Shown one piece after another: positions 18,385 to 27,824 of a stretch of DNA of 64,000 nucleotides. Each line of letters starts with the position of its first letter. The first letter of the stretch is position 1. The position numbers were made by a program, and so were the translations under genes. Origin of the DNA: Patescibacteria group bacterium (GTDB lineage: Bacteria > Patescibacteriota > Minisyncoccia > Phycocordibacterales > PALSA-1337); assembly GCA_038061795.1 (NCBI GenBank), contig JBBTYL010000002.1, positions 105,511 through 169,510 on the forward strand, given 5' to 3'. Under the pieces are notes generated by a model that did not search any database, was not told the DNA's origin, and saw only the letters and a list, made by a program, of their open reading frames with translations.

Positions 18385-18457
18385 CGGAGCGTGGTGTAAC
18401 GGCTAACATTCCTGTTTTGGGAACAGGCGACTCCGGGTTCGAATCCCGGCGCTCCGA
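18385..18457 (+). tRNA. tRNA-Pro (anticodon TGG), CCA not encoded
   Basis: Acceptor CGGAGCG/CGCTCCG, anticodon stem CCTGT/ACAGG with loop TT-TGG-GA, T-arm CCGGGTTCGAATCCCGG, discriminator A, followed by caa. Confidence 0.85.
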
Positions 18458-18499
18458 CAAGGTATGAAAATTAACAGCGAATTTTTTAATCAAAAGGAA

Positions 18500-18508
18500 T
18501 GATATACT
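18500..18508 (+). promoter_or_regulatory. Extended -10 promoter (TGATATACT) 7 nt upstream of the ATG at 18516
   Basis: TGnTATAnT motif. The 7-nt spacing to the start codon leaves no room for a leader or Shine-Dalgarno sequence. Confidence 0.5.
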
Positions 18509-18515
18509 AGGGAAT

Positions 18516-18962
18516 ATGTTCAAGAAAACCGTAAACTATTTTGATAAGCTTGAAGACCGCACTCGTGGACGCTTGAGCAAGTTTCCCATCATTTATACCT
18601 TCATCGGCGGCGTGGCTATCGTGCTTTTCTGGAGGGCCGTTTGGAATACTGCGGATATGCTTCAGTCGCAGGGCGGCATCCTGGGTTTTATTTTTTACGA
18701 GCCTGTCAACATGATCATCGTCGTCATTATTCTCCTAGTAAGCGGCCTCTTCGTTTCGTACTTCATTGGAGATACGATTCTGATCTCCGGCCTGAAGCAG
18801 CAGAAGAAAATCTATGAAAAGACCGAGATGGAGGTGAAAGAAGAAGAAGCGACTTTGGGAGAAATCAAAATCGCCCTCAAAGAAATCAAGAAAGAGGTTG
18901 ATGAAATAAAGGATACGGTCGAATATGACCACACTGTCGATGAAGGCAGTGGCAAAAATTAG
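18516..18962 (+). CDS. Two-TM membrane protein with a charged coiled-coil tail, unknown function
   Basis: Hydrophobic spans IIYTFIGGVAIVLFW and MIIVVIILLVSGLFVSYFIG, followed by a Glu/Lys-rich C-terminus. No family recognised. Confidence 0.6.
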   Translation: MFKKTVNYFDKLEDRTRGRLSKFPIIYTFIGGVAIVLFWRAVWNTADMLQSQGGILGFIFYEPVNMIIVVIILLVSGLFVSYFIGDTILISGLKQQKKIYEKTEMEVKEEEATLGEIKIALKEIKKEVDEIKDTVEYDHTVDEGSGKN

Positions 18963-19002
18963 GATTTCTGGTAGTATAGGTTTCGTGCTCAGGAAGGGAA
19001 TT

Positions 19003-19073
19003 GCGGGACTAGTTTAATGGTAGAATAGAAGTTTTCCAAACTTTTGGTGGGAGTTCGATTCTCCCGTCCCGCA
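19003..19073 (+). tRNA. tRNA-Gly (anticodon TCC), CCA not encoded
   Basis: Acceptor GCGGGAC/GTCCCGC, anticodon stem GAAGT/ACTTT with loop TT-TCC-AA, T-arm GGGAGTTCGATTCTCCC, discriminator A, followed by cag. Confidence 0.85.
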
Positions 19074-19102
19074 CAGATAACAGAGTAAGACATAGATAAA
19101 GC

Positions 19103-19128
19103 AAAATACCGTCCTAAGGCGGTATTTT
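19103..19128. terminator. Bidirectional intrinsic terminator between tRNA-Gly(TCC) and hup
   Basis: AAAATACCG-tcctaagg-CGGTATTTT forms a perfect 9-bp stem. The A-run and T-run give a U-tract on either strand. Confidence 0.6.
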
Positions 19129-19171
19129 GTTCAATAAGATCTCGAGCGAGTTCTTATTATTTATACTGTCC

Positions 19172-19444
19172 TTATTTTACAGCGTCCTTCAAAGCCTTTG
19201 CGGCTCGGAACTTAGGAACCTTCATAGCTGGAACCTTGATTGCTTCTCCAGTTCGTGGATTTCGAGCTTCTCGTGCTGCTCGCTGCTTTACTGAGAAGAT
19301 TCCAAGGCCTGCAATTGAAACTTCATCTCCCTTCTTGAGAGAGTTGACGATAGAATTCATCACTGTTTCAACTGCCTGCTCTGCCTGAACCTTCGTTCCT
19401 CCGAGAATCGCATGTACTGCATCTACAATTCCTGCTTTGTTCAT
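19172..19444 (-). CDS. hup: DNA-binding protein HU
   Basis: 90 aa. MNKAGIVDAV..., GDEVSIAGLGIFSVKQRAAREARNPRTGEAIKVPA is canonical HU/IHF. Confidence 0.9.
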   Translation of the reverse strand: MNKAGIVDAVHAILGGTKVQAEQAVETVMNSIVNSLKKGDEVSIAGLGIFSVKQRAAREARNPRTGEAIKVPAMKVPKFRAAKALKDAVK

Positions 19445-19640
19445 TGTGTTTGTTGGTTACTGCTAATAAATGTTTCTAACCTCGGATTAATTATATAATA
19501 AGCCATTCTTTAAGCAATAGGTCCAAAATTAGGCAATATAATTAGCAAATGAGCAAAATAATAAGCCTAGTGGTGCTTAATAGCCATAAATGGTAGCATT
19601 ATGGCTATATTATTAAGTCAGTAACATAATTCAAAATATC

Positions 19641-19892
19641 ATGGCAAATTCAGCATTTATGCAACCGATGAAATTGAGCGCGGATCTAGAGGCGGTGGTG
19701 GGGAAGGGTCCTATGGCTCGATCAGAGGTAGTAAGCAAGCTTTGGGTTTATATCAAAGGAAAGAATCTCCAGGACGCGAAGGACAAACGAATCATCAACA
19801 ATGACGAAGCTCTCAAGAAGATTTTCGATAACCAGCCAACAGTCCATATGATGAAGATGGCAGGGTTCATATCAAAGCATCTTACGAAATAA
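19641..19892 (+). CDS. SWIB/MDM2-domain protein
   Basis: 83 aa. LSADLEAVVGKGPMARSEVVSKLWVYIKGKNLQDAKDKRIINNDEALKKIF follows the SWIB-domain pattern (..L..ivG....sR.e..k.lW.YIk...LQd...kr.I..D..L..if). Confidence 0.8.
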   Translation: MANSAFMQPMKLSADLEAVVGKGPMARSEVVSKLWVYIKGKNLQDAKDKRIINNDEALKKIFDNQPTVHMMKMAGFISKHLTK

Positions 19893-19915
19893 GCCAGTTA
19901 TTACATATGATGTAC

Positions 19916-19943
19916 AAAAAAGCCGGAATCTCCGGTTTTTTTT
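19916..19943. terminator. Bidirectional terminator-like hairpin between the SWIB gene and the ABC permease gene
   Basis: AAAAAAGCCGGA-atc-TCCGGTTTTTTTT: a short GC stem flanked by an A-run and a T-run, between convergent genes. Confidence 0.5.
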
Positions 19944-19950
19944 GTGATAG

Positions 19951-20691
19951 TTACTTCCCAATCCAGTGTAAGTAGTGTTTCTCGATAAAAACGAATATGA
20001 GATTGATCAGATAGCCCAATAGAGCCGTTGTGAATATAGCTGCATATACTTCAGGAACGTTGTATGTAATCTGATTGTCGATTATGAGATGGCCTAGTCC
20101 GTGCGATGTGCCTACAAACATCTCTGTTGCGATGATGAGGAGTAGTACCCAGGTCAGACCAATACGGAGACCAACGAAAATATGCGGAAGTGTCTCGAAG
20201 TAAACAACAGATTTAAGGACGGTAAGCCGGCCGGCTCCCATGATTTCTGCCGCTAATATTCTTGACCTCTTTGTGTGCATCACGCCATGAGCTATGGTAA
20301 AAATGACTATGAATAAGGAACTTCCCCCAGCTGTTAGTATCTTTGAGGCGTCACCAATGCCAAAGAAAAGAAGGAATAAGGGGAATATAGCTAGAGGCGA
20401 AGTTGATTTTCCAAGATCAATGATAAATTCAGTATATTTATAAGCACGCGGATGCGCCCCTAGGATGACTCCAAGAGGGACTCCGATACAAAGAGGACCC
20501 ATAAACGCGAGAAGGACGCGCCTGATTGTGAACCATAAGTCTGTGTAGATATCACCGTGGATGAACTGAAGAAAAAACGCCTTAGCAAACAGGGCTGGAT
20601 TTGGGAACAGAAAAGGGTCTACCAGCTTCAACGATGAAAGCAAGAACCACAAGAAAAATAGGACTAAAATTGAAATAATCGTTTGTTTCAT
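19951..20691 (-). CDS. ABC transporter permease (NitT/TauT-type)
   Basis: Six predicted transmembrane spans, the size and layout of SsuC/TauC-type permeases. Overlaps the upstream ATPase gene by 4 nt. Confidence 0.85.
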   Translation of the reverse strand: MKQTIISILVLFFLWFLLSSLKLVDPFLFPNPALFAKAFFLQFIHGDIYTDLWFTIRRVLLAFMGPLCIGVPLGVILGAHPRAYKYTEFIIDLGKSTSPLAIFPLFLLFFGIGDASKILTAGGSSLFIVIFTIAHGVMHTKRSRILAAEIMGAGRLTVLKSVVYFETLPHIFVGLRIGLTWVLLLIIATEMFVGTSHGLGHLIIDNQITYNVPEVYAAIFTTALLGYLINLIFVFIEKHYLHWIGK

Positions 20692-21440
20692 ATGCTTGTA
20701 CTGCGCTGGAACGTTTGCAGCACTTTGTCTTTGATACGATGAAACGTTTCTGATTTAAGTGCATCAATGGAACGAGGAAAAGGGATTCCGTTCTCAATCG
20801 TATCCAGTATCGTGGTTGGATTTTTGCCCAGCACCAAGATTCGATGTGACAGATGCACAGCTTCCTCAATGTTGTGGGTGATGATGAGCACAGTTGGTCT
20901 GTATGATTCGTAATATCGAAGCAAGTGTTTTCGTAGGAGCAGGTTGTTCTCGTAATCGAGAGCCGAGAACGGCTCATCGATAAGAAGGAGAGTGGGGCGT
21001 GTCACAAGAGCCCTAATGAAGGCGAGGATCTGCTGCTGACCTCCGGAGAGTTGATAGGGATACGCATTCCAGTCGAATTGAAATTCGAAAACTGTCTGGA
21101 GTTCTTCTACTCGTTTTCGAATCTCTTCCTTAGACAAGCCTTGGATTTCAAGAGGAAAGGCAATGTTTTCAAAATTAGTTCTCCAGGGGAAGAGGGAATC
21201 ACGGTAATTTTGAAAGATATAACTCAAACGGAACTCTTTATCTTTGTCTATAGTTCGTTCGCCCTTATCAGGAGTAGTGATTCCCGCGATTATGTTCAAT
21301 AGTGTAGATTTTCCGGAACCGTTCGGGCCAAATATCGCGGTTATCTTTCGCGGCTCAATCTCCACGGAGAAATCCTTGAAGAGCAGGATTTTTCCGAAGC
21401 GCTTAACAAGGCCTTTGACTGTTACAGCGGACGTATTCAT
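20688..21440 (-). CDS. ABC transporter ATP-binding protein (NitT/TauT-type)
   Basis: Walker A GPNGSGKSTLLN, signature LSGGQQQ, Walker B LLLIDEPFSALD. Confidence 0.9.
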   Translation of the reverse strand: MNTSAVTVKGLVKRFGKILLFKDFSVEIEPRKITAIFGPNGSGKSTLLNIIAGITTPDKGERTIDKDKEFRLSYIFQNYRDSLFPWRTNFENIAFPLEIQGLSKEEIRKRVEELQTVFEFQFDWNAYPYQLSGGQQQILAFIRALVTRPTLLLIDEPFSALDYENNLLLRKHLLRYYESYRPTVLIITHNIEEAVHLSHRILVLGKNPTTILDTIENGIPFPRSIDALKSETFHRIKDKVLQTFQRSTSI

Positions 21441-22405
21441 TTATCGAATAGGAAAGCAGCCGCCGAGAGAGGTGAGGTGATGACATTATATTCTTTGAAT
21501 ACCCCAACGAACTTCTCTATCGCATCGATATCTGCCGAAGTGAAATCTTTGTACATCTTATAAACTGGAAGATTCACTTTGCTTGCAAGCTCTGGCGTGA
21601 GCGGTATATACGCAGGGAAATAGTGTCGTAGGCTATCAACATCCTTATCAATGTCTGCATGCGCCATTTCGAGCGCAGTCAAAGCTTTCTTTAACGATTC
21701 CGGATTCTCGTTTACGAACTTCACCGATACATTGCCGACCCCAGCATAGAATGGATCGGATACATAAACGAGATTAGGTGACTTGACGAGTATTTTTGAT
21801 ATATCAAGTGAATCGGCAACAGTAATCACTGGCTCGATGGCTAGAAGTGCGTCGATCTGCTTTGATGCAAGGGCTTGTGCTTGTAGAGGAATTGCAAGTT
21901 CGACCAATGTGAGATCCTTATCGATATCCAAACTATTTTTTAGGAATATATTGCGCGCAATCGTTTTCCATTGGATGCCAGGAAGTACTCCGACCTTCTT
22001 GCCTTTCAGATCGGCGATGCTTGCAATAGAGCTATCTTTTCCCACTAGTATTGCTTCGGCAATATGTTCTTTGTCACCTCCAGCAACGGCGAATACTTTG
22101 AGCGAATTTGGATTCTTACTCTCCGCAATCGCAGTGATTCCTGTTGCTGCCGCCAATGCCATATCTATGTGCCCGGAAATGAGTGCATCGATGATCTGGT
22201 TCGGCGCCTCGAATTTTGTTATTTCGGCACGGATGCCTTGTTCAGCAAAATAGCCTTTTTCCTGCGCTACGAAGAGAGGAAGGGCATGAACGGCTGGAAG
22301 ATAGCCAAAGCGGACCACCTGTTCTGCTGATTTTTCGTTGATACTTAAGGTTATACCTCCGATGATCAGAATTGCTATAACTACGATACTAATGATTTTT
22401 TTCAT
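21437..22405 (-). CDS. ABC transporter substrate-binding protein (NMT1/THI5/SsuA-like)
   Basis: N-terminal anchor sequence and a periplasmic-binding-protein type 2 layout (VRFGYLPAVHALPLFVAQEKGYF, KGKKVGVLPG). First gene of a three-gene operon with 4-nt overlaps. The substrate cannot be inferred. Confidence 0.8.
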   Translation of the reverse strand: MKKIISIVVIAILIIGGITLSINEKSAEQVVRFGYLPAVHALPLFVAQEKGYFAEQGIRAEITKFEAPNQIIDALISGHIDMALAAATGITAIAESKNPNSLKVFAVAGGDKEHIAEAILVGKDSSIASIADLKGKKVGVLPGIQWKTIARNIFLKNSLDIDKDLTLVELAIPLQAQALASKQIDALLAIEPVITVADSLDISKILVKSPNLVYVSDPFYAGVGNVSVKFVNENPESLKKALTALEMAHADIDKDVDSLRHYFPAYIPLTPELASKVNLPVYKMYKDFTSADIDAIEKFVGVFKEYNVITSPLSAAAFLFDK

Positions 22406-22544
22406 AATTATTATATAAACTATTAATACGCGTTATTCTTCCAAATTTGTCAAATTATGTCATTTATGTCGACTATAGATGTTTATTTGACTTATTAAGC
22501 TATATATAGTAACGTTAAATTGTTGTCTAAAGATTCGACACTTT

Positions 22545-23291
22545 ATGCATAAAAACATTCTCACAGAAACTCTTACGGATTTGGGACTCTCGGAAAATGA
22601 GTCTGCAGTGTACTTTTCTGCTCTTTCTCTTGGTCCCACCACCATTTTGAAAGTAGCTAAATCTGCTGAAATCAAAAGAACGACGGTGTATTCAGTTATC
22701 GAATCCCTGCAGAGTAAGGGATTGGTGCGCATAGAGCTCAAAGGCTTCAAAAAGCTCTATGTAGCAGAAGGACCCGAAAAACTTGAATCGATTCTTGAGC
22801 AGCGAAAAGCAAAGCTCAAGCAATTTATGCCCGAACTTGCAGCTTTATATAATCTCAAGGGAGGGGAGAGTTTTTTAAAGTACCATGAAGGGTTGGAAGC
22901 AGTGAAAAATGTCTACGAAAGCCTTATCAAGGATGTCAGGCCACATGAGGACTATCTAGTCATGGCCAATCAAGATCAATGGCTCTCCCTCGATCCTGAT
23001 TATTTCCGTGATTTTCTGGTACGTCGCGCAAAGCTTCCTATAAAAGTCCGTATGATGTTCCAAGACACAGAGCTTGGCAGGAAGTGGCAGGCAGAACGCC
23101 ATGTTCTAAACACCAAGATAAGGATGTTGCCCGAGTCTACCAAGCTTACTACCAATCTTGTTGTCACGCCTCAGCGGGTCCTTATACACCAACTGATTCC
23201 ACCGGTTTTTGGTATTGTCATAGAGAATAGAAGCATTATCAGAATGCATCAAGAGATGTACGATATTATATGGAAATCACTCTCGGAATAA
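22545..23291 (+). CDS. TrmB-family transcriptional regulator
   Basis: The N-terminal winged helix LGLSENESAVYFSALSLGPTTILKVAKSAEIKRTTVYSVIESLQSKGLV is typical of TrmB. Divergent from the ABC operon. Confidence 0.75.
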   Translation: MHKNILTETLTDLGLSENESAVYFSALSLGPTTILKVAKSAEIKRTTVYSVIESLQSKGLVRIELKGFKKLYVAEGPEKLESILEQRKAKLKQFMPELAALYNLKGGESFLKYHEGLEAVKNVYESLIKDVRPHEDYLVMANQDQWLSLDPDYFRDFLVRRAKLPIKVRMMFQDTELGRKWQAERHVLNTKIRMLPESTKLTTNLVVTPQRVLIHQLIPPVFGIVIENRSIIRMHQEMYDIIWKSLSE

Positions 23292-23300
23292 GAATTTTGT

Positions 23301-24830
23301 TTATCTCGCAAAATCAATAACTCTTGTCTCTCGTATAATCGTAACTTTGATTTCTCCTGGATACTTAAGATCTTTCTCTATTTTAAGCGCTATATCCCGT
23401 GCCATGTTCTTGGCTTCGAGGTCAGTGACCTTTTCTGGAGTTACGAAGATGCGTATTTCACGGCCTGCCTGAAGTGCATAGGACTTCTCAACGCCGTTAA
23501 AGGCATTTGCAATAGCTTCTAGGTCCCCAAGGCGCTTAAGGTAATTCTCGATGCTGTCGTGTCGGGCACCTGGGCGAGCGCCTGAAATGGCATCAGCCGT
23601 CTGAACAATGCGGGATTCTATTGTTTCGTAAGGGTATTCCTCATGATGAGCTTGCATTGCCTTGACGATATCTTCGCTTGCGCCGAATTTCTGGAGAATC
23701 CTCCGCCCTATTTCTACGTGTGTACCGACAACCTCATGGTCAAGCGCCTTGCCGATATCGTGGAGAAGGGCACCTGCCTTTGCAACTGCGACGTTTGCGC
23801 CTATTTCAGCTGCAATCATTCCTGCGATATGTGACATCTCTATAGAGTGCTGGAGGACGTTCTGACCATAGCTGGTTCGGAAGTGCAATCGGCCTAATAT
23901 AAGGAGGATTCGAGGATCGAGACCGATAACTCCGCACTCGTAGGCTGCATGCTCGCCTTTTTCCTTTATAGTCTGATTTATGCTTGCGTGCGCCTGTTCA
24001 ACGACTTTCTCGATCTTTGCTGGCTGGATTCTGCCGTCTTTGATGAGTTCCTCGAGAGCGACTCGCGCGACATGTCGTCGTACAGGATCAAATGAAGAGA
24101 TGATGATGGTTCCTGGAGTATCATCGACGATGACTTCCACGCCAGTCATCCTTTCGAACGCCTTGATGTTTCGTCCTTCTTTTCCGATAATCTTTCCTTT
24201 GATTTCATCATTCGGGATCGTAACCGATGTCGACATGACATCTGATGCTACGGAGTTTGCGAGACGCTGAATAGAAGTCGAAAGGATTTCCTTCGCTTTT
24301 CTCTCAAGTGTTTCTTCGCCGTTCTGTTCAAGCTTCTGAATGCGCACAAGCATATCTTGCTCGGAATTCTTCTCGACTGTCTTGATGAGCATATTTCGTG
24401 CATCTTCTGGAGACATGCCGGAAATCTTCTCAAGTTCCTTTGCCTTATCTTGTTCGAGCTTCTCGGCTTTCTCTCGAATAGCTTTTATCTCAGCTACCTT
24501 TTCCTTGATGGCTTCTACCTCCTTATCTATATCAGCTTGCCGCTTGTCGGCAGCGTCTTCTTTCTTAATAAGGCGGAGTTCGGCTTGCCTGACTTTCTCT
24601 TCCTTTTCCTTGATCTCAACCCGCGCTTCCTCGATGAATTTCTTTGATTTCGTATCGGCCTCGGCAGTGATTTTTTTGGCTTCTTCTTTTGCGGTGAGAA
24701 GCATTTCCTTTATTTCGAGCTCCATCGATCCCTTTTTGCCCAAAGAGATAATGAGGCGGAGATAGTAGCCGATTGCGACGCCGGCGACTCCCGCTATGCT
24801 CAGGAATACCGCTACTAATTTTAATGACAT
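23301..24830 (-). CDS. rny: Ribonuclease Y
   Basis: N-terminal transmembrane segment, long Glu/Lys coiled coil, KH domain (GKIIGKEGRNIKAFE), HD domain (LLHDIGK). 509 aa. Confidence 0.9.
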   Translation of the reverse strand: MSLKLVAVFLSIAGVAGVAIGYYLRLIISLGKKGSMELEIKEMLLTAKEEAKKITAEADTKSKKFIEEARVEIKEKEEKVRQAELRLIKKEDAADKRQADIDKEVEAIKEKVAEIKAIREKAEKLEQDKAKELEKISGMSPEDARNMLIKTVEKNSEQDMLVRIQKLEQNGEETLERKAKEILSTSIQRLANSVASDVMSTSVTIPNDEIKGKIIGKEGRNIKAFERMTGVEVIVDDTPGTIIISSFDPVRRHVARVALEELIKDGRIQPAKIEKVVEQAHASINQTIKEKGEHAAYECGVIGLDPRILLILGRLHFRTSYGQNVLQHSIEMSHIAGMIAAEIGANVAVAKAGALLHDIGKALDHEVVGTHVEIGRRILQKFGASEDIVKAMQAHHEEYPYETIESRIVQTADAISGARPGARHDSIENYLKRLGDLEAIANAFNGVEKSYALQAGREIRIFVTPEKVTDLEAKNMARDIALKIEKDLKYPGEIKVTIIRETRVIDFAR

Positions 24831-24967
24831 ATGCGAATATTGATTCGCCTCTGGAGACTTTTAACTTGGTGTATGGGATTTTAGGGATAATGCATGTGAC
24901 ACGGCAGTTTCAGGTTCTTTAAGGGGAATCGAAAAATTAAATTTATAACGCCCCAACTGTATCACAA

Positions 24968-25537
24968 TTAAAAGACCTTGTCGATGATGCCGTATTTCTT
25001 TGATTCTTCTGCATCCATGAAGAAGTTTCGATCCACATCTTTTTCGATCTTTGCTAGAGTCTGGCCTGTGTTTTTGGCAAGCATTTTATTCATATTCTCA
25101 CGAGTCTTTAGGATGTGTCGAGCGCTGATTTCGATATCTGAAGCCTGTCCCTCCGCTCCGCCCAATGGCTGATGAATCATGACCTCGGCATTCGGTAGGG
25201 CATAGCGCTTACCCTTTTTTCCAGCTGAAAGGATGAGGGCCCCCATCGAAGCTGCCACCCCGACGCAGACTGTAGAGACGTCGTTCTTTATATTATTCAT
25301 AGTATCGATAATTGCGAGTCCGGCCGTAACTACTCCTCCGGGTGAGTTGATATAAAGGGTGATGTCCTTCTTTGGATCTTCCGCCTGAAGGAAAAGAAGC
25401 TGCGCCACGACGATGTTTGCTACATGGTCATCTATTGATCCAGTAAGGAAAATGATGTTTTCCTTTAGGAGTCGTGAATAAATGTCATAGGCTCGTTCGC
25501 CCATATTTGTCTTCTCAATTACTGTTGGTATAAGCAT
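24968..25537 (-). CDS. clpP: ATP-dependent Clp protease proteolytic subunit
   Basis: [10 protein letters not shown]..., catalytic Ser context [11 protein letters not shown], His context MIHQPLGG. Start moved from 25555 to the ATG at 25537, which lies 6 nt after TATGAT (25549-25544, minus strand) and gives the canonical ClpP N-terminus. Confidence 0.9.
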   Translation of the reverse strand: MLIPTVIEKTNMGERAYDIYSRLLKENIIFLTGSIDDHVANIVVAQLLFLQAEDPKKDITLYINSPGGVVTAGLAIIDTMNNIKNDVSTVCVGVAASMGALILSAGKKGKRYALPNAEVMIHQPLGGAEGQASDIEISARHILKTRENMNKMLAKNTGQTLAKIEKDVDRNFFMDAEESKKYGIIDKVF

Positions 25538-25606
25538 GTTCCTATCATACCTCATGTTTCATATTTGGCAACTTCCGTGATTTTTTTTAAGGTATATAAT
25601 TTCGGC

Positions 25607-26296
25607 ATGCGGTTGAACCGATTTTTTTGTGAAGTGACGCTTGATCAAAAATCAACGCTTATTACCCATGCACCTCTCGTCAATCAATTGAAGAACGTTT
25701 TTCGGTTAGTGACTGGCGATAAGATTATTCTATTTGATGGTTCTGGCTTTGATTTCATTTCTGTCATAGAAGGTTATGAAAAAGACACTGTTTCATTCTC
25801 GGTAGTTGAAGTAAAGCAAAACATGGTTGTTGCACGAAATGAAACATACCTCTTTGCTTCCATCGTGAAAAAAGACAACTTCGAATGGATCGCGCAGAAG
25901 GCGACTGAGCTCGGAGTTTCGCACATCGTGCCAGTCATGTCCGAACGAAGTGAAAAGAAGAATCTCAACATGGAACGATTGCACAAGATCGTTATCGAGG
26001 CGGCAGAACAGTCTGGTCGCGGAACCATTCCGGAGATTTCAGAAATACTCGGCCTAGAAACCGTGCTTGAAAAATATTCTCATATAAAGTCTCTTGCTTG
26101 GGATATCATGGCAGAAAAGTTTGTTTCACAGGATGTTGCTGAAATTTCTGGAGCGTACATCGGTCCAGAAGGAGGGTGGTCCCCGAAGGAGCTTGAACTG
26201 TTTGCGAAACACAACTTAAAGACCAGATCTCTCGGGCCCCAGGTCTTGCGAGCGGAGACTGCAGTTATCGCAGCTCTCTCACAAATGGTTTTTTAA
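25607..26296 (+). CDS. rsmE: 16S rRNA (uracil1498-N3)-methyltransferase
   Basis: MRLNRFF start typical of RsmE, and the C-terminal SPOUT motif GPEGGWSPKE. Start moved from the track's TTG at 25565 to the ATG at 25607, which lies 6 nt after TATAAT (25595-25600). Confidence 0.85.
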   Translation: MRLNRFFCEVTLDQKSTLITHAPLVNQLKNVFRLVTGDKIILFDGSGFDFISVIEGYEKDTVSFSVVEVKQNMVVARNETYLFASIVKKDNFEWIAQKATELGVSHIVPVMSERSEKKNLNMERLHKIVIEAAEQSGRGTIPEISEILGLETVLEKYSHIKSLAWDIMAEKFVSQDVAEISGAYIGPEGGWSPKELELFAKHNLKTRSLGPQVLRAETAVIAALSQMVF

Positions 26297-26299
26297 TTT

Positions 26300-27406
26300 T
26301 TATTTTGCCTCTTTATTTTCTCCTTCTAGAAACGCGTAGACCTTTTCGTTCGTGAGAACAGTTTCGGCGTAGATTGTTGCCCGCTCTCGGTCGGCATCCT
26401 TATAGTGTTCCACTATATGACTGACCTCCGCTTCTATTTCTTTGATGTCTGGGGCTAGCTTTTCAACCTTTGCAATTTCGTTCAAGATGAGCTGGAGCTT
26501 CGCTTTCTTTTCCGCAGAGGGCTTCCACTCAATTCGGATTTCTTCCATCGTCTTCTTCGCATGTTTTACATAGTCCTCAAGTTTCACACCCATGCGTTCG
26601 ATGTCATCGGAGAACTGAGCCTCGATTCTTCGAAGCTCGCTTTCGACCAATACTTCCGGCAAATCAATCTTTGATTCATCAATGAGCTTGTCTGAAATAG
26701 CGATTCGTTTCTTTTCCTTTGCCTGTGAAACTTTGTCTTCGGCAAGGGAAATTTTTATTTTTTCCTTGAGATCTGCGACATTCTTGAAATCGCCGAGAGT
26801 CATTGCGAATTCGTCTGTCATTTCGGGCATTGAGGTTTCAACAGCTTTCTCGTGCTCCTCCTTTGTCATCTTCTGATGATCATGTCCAGAATGATCGGCT
26901 CGAGACTTTCGGATTCGTAGCAGCGCATCCTCGACATCCTTATCAGTGACTTCTGCGGGCGCAATTTCCTTCTTGCTTTCTTCTTTTGAAATTTTCTTGT
27001 AGTCCGCTAATTTTATTTCCGGAACTACTGCGGTAATTATTTTAAACTCGAGAGGGTTGCCTGTGGCAAGCTTCGTGATGGAAACCTCTGGCCGTCCGAG
27101 CGCGTCGATCTTTTCGCTAATGACTATTTCAGGATATGTTCGTGCAATCGCAAGCTCTGCCATCTCCTCGAGGATTGGCATCTCTCCGACTTTTGAAATA
27201 AGGATGGCTTCAGGGACTTTTCCTTTTCGGAACCCATCAAGCGTGATCTCTTCGTTGATGTTCTGAAGAGCCTTGCTCCGGAATGAAGAAAAGGCTTCGG
27301 AAGAAATGGCGCCTGTGATTTCCACGCGAGATTTATCAAGCTTTGTGATCTTGATATTCTCGACCTTGGAAGCCGCCGCTTCCTTCTTTGTTGATGTTTT
27401 TTTCAT
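26300..27406 (-). CDS. tig: Trigger factor, apparently lacking the PPIase domain
   Basis: The N-terminal ribosome-binding domain contains the GFRKGKVP signature. The C-terminal arm domain starts at PEMTDEFAMTLGDFKNVADLKEKI. Only about 22 residues (DHSGHDHQKMTKEEHEKAVETS) lie where the roughly 100-aa FKBP domain normally sits. Start moved from the TTG at 27415 to the ATG at 27406. Confidence 0.8.
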   Translation of the reverse strand: MKKTSTKKEAAASKVENIKITKLDKSRVEITGAISSEAFSSFRSKALQNINEEITLDGFRKGKVPEAILISKVGEMPILEEMAELAIARTYPEIVISEKIDALGRPEVSITKLATGNPLEFKIITAVVPEIKLADYKKISKEESKKEIAPAEVTDKDVEDALLRIRKSRADHSGHDHQKMTKEEHEKAVETSMPEMTDEFAMTLGDFKNVADLKEKIKISLAEDKVSQAKEKKRIAISDKLIDESKIDLPEVLVESELRRIEAQFSDDIERMGVKLEDYVKHAKKTMEEIRIEWKPSAEKKAKLQLILNEIAKVEKLAPDIKEIEAEVSHIVEHYKDADRERATIYAETVLTNEKVYAFLEGENKEAK

Positions 27407-27511
27407 AGTTTTCAAAGTCTACATTTCGAAGGGCAGTTTGGCAAGTTTTAAGAAAAAGAAAACCCTCTCATCTTTGAAAGGGCATTCTTTCAAAATCTTT
27501 TTTTGTCTAGC

Positions 27512-27799
27512 TTAGAAACTATAATCCACATCCTGAAGCTGAGCGTCAAGGTCAGCTTCAAGGTCAACCTCATTCGTCGAGGTAGAAAGCCCCGCTTCGT
27601 TACGGATAGGCACCTCCTGATTTACGTTAGATTCCTGTGAGGTCGTATCGAGCTTACCGCCGAAGAACCAGAGGGCAGCAATAATGATGATGAGCACGAT
27701 GACCAGCGTGCCGATAATCGGACCGACTTTTCTCTCTGGCTTTGGCACCGGCGGAATGCCATTCATCATCCCGCTTGAATTTTGTGTATTTGGTTCCAT
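27512..27799 (-). CDS. Small single-pass membrane protein, unknown function
   Basis: 95 aa. Pro-rich N-terminus, one strong transmembrane segment (GPIIGTLVIVLIIIIAALWFFG), acidic C-terminus. No recognisable family. Confidence 0.5.
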   Translation of the reverse strand: MEPNTQNSSGMMNGIPPVPKPERKVGPIIGTLVIVLIIIIAALWFFGGKLDTTSQESNVNQEVPIRNEAGLSTSTNEVDLEADLDAQLQDVDYSF

Positions 27800-27824
27800 G
27801 TGTTTGGTGTAAGTTATTTAATGA

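Noticed and set aside
18314-18523. 69-aa minus-strand ORF
   Set aside because: It is antisense to tRNA-Pro (18385-18457) and has no coding features.
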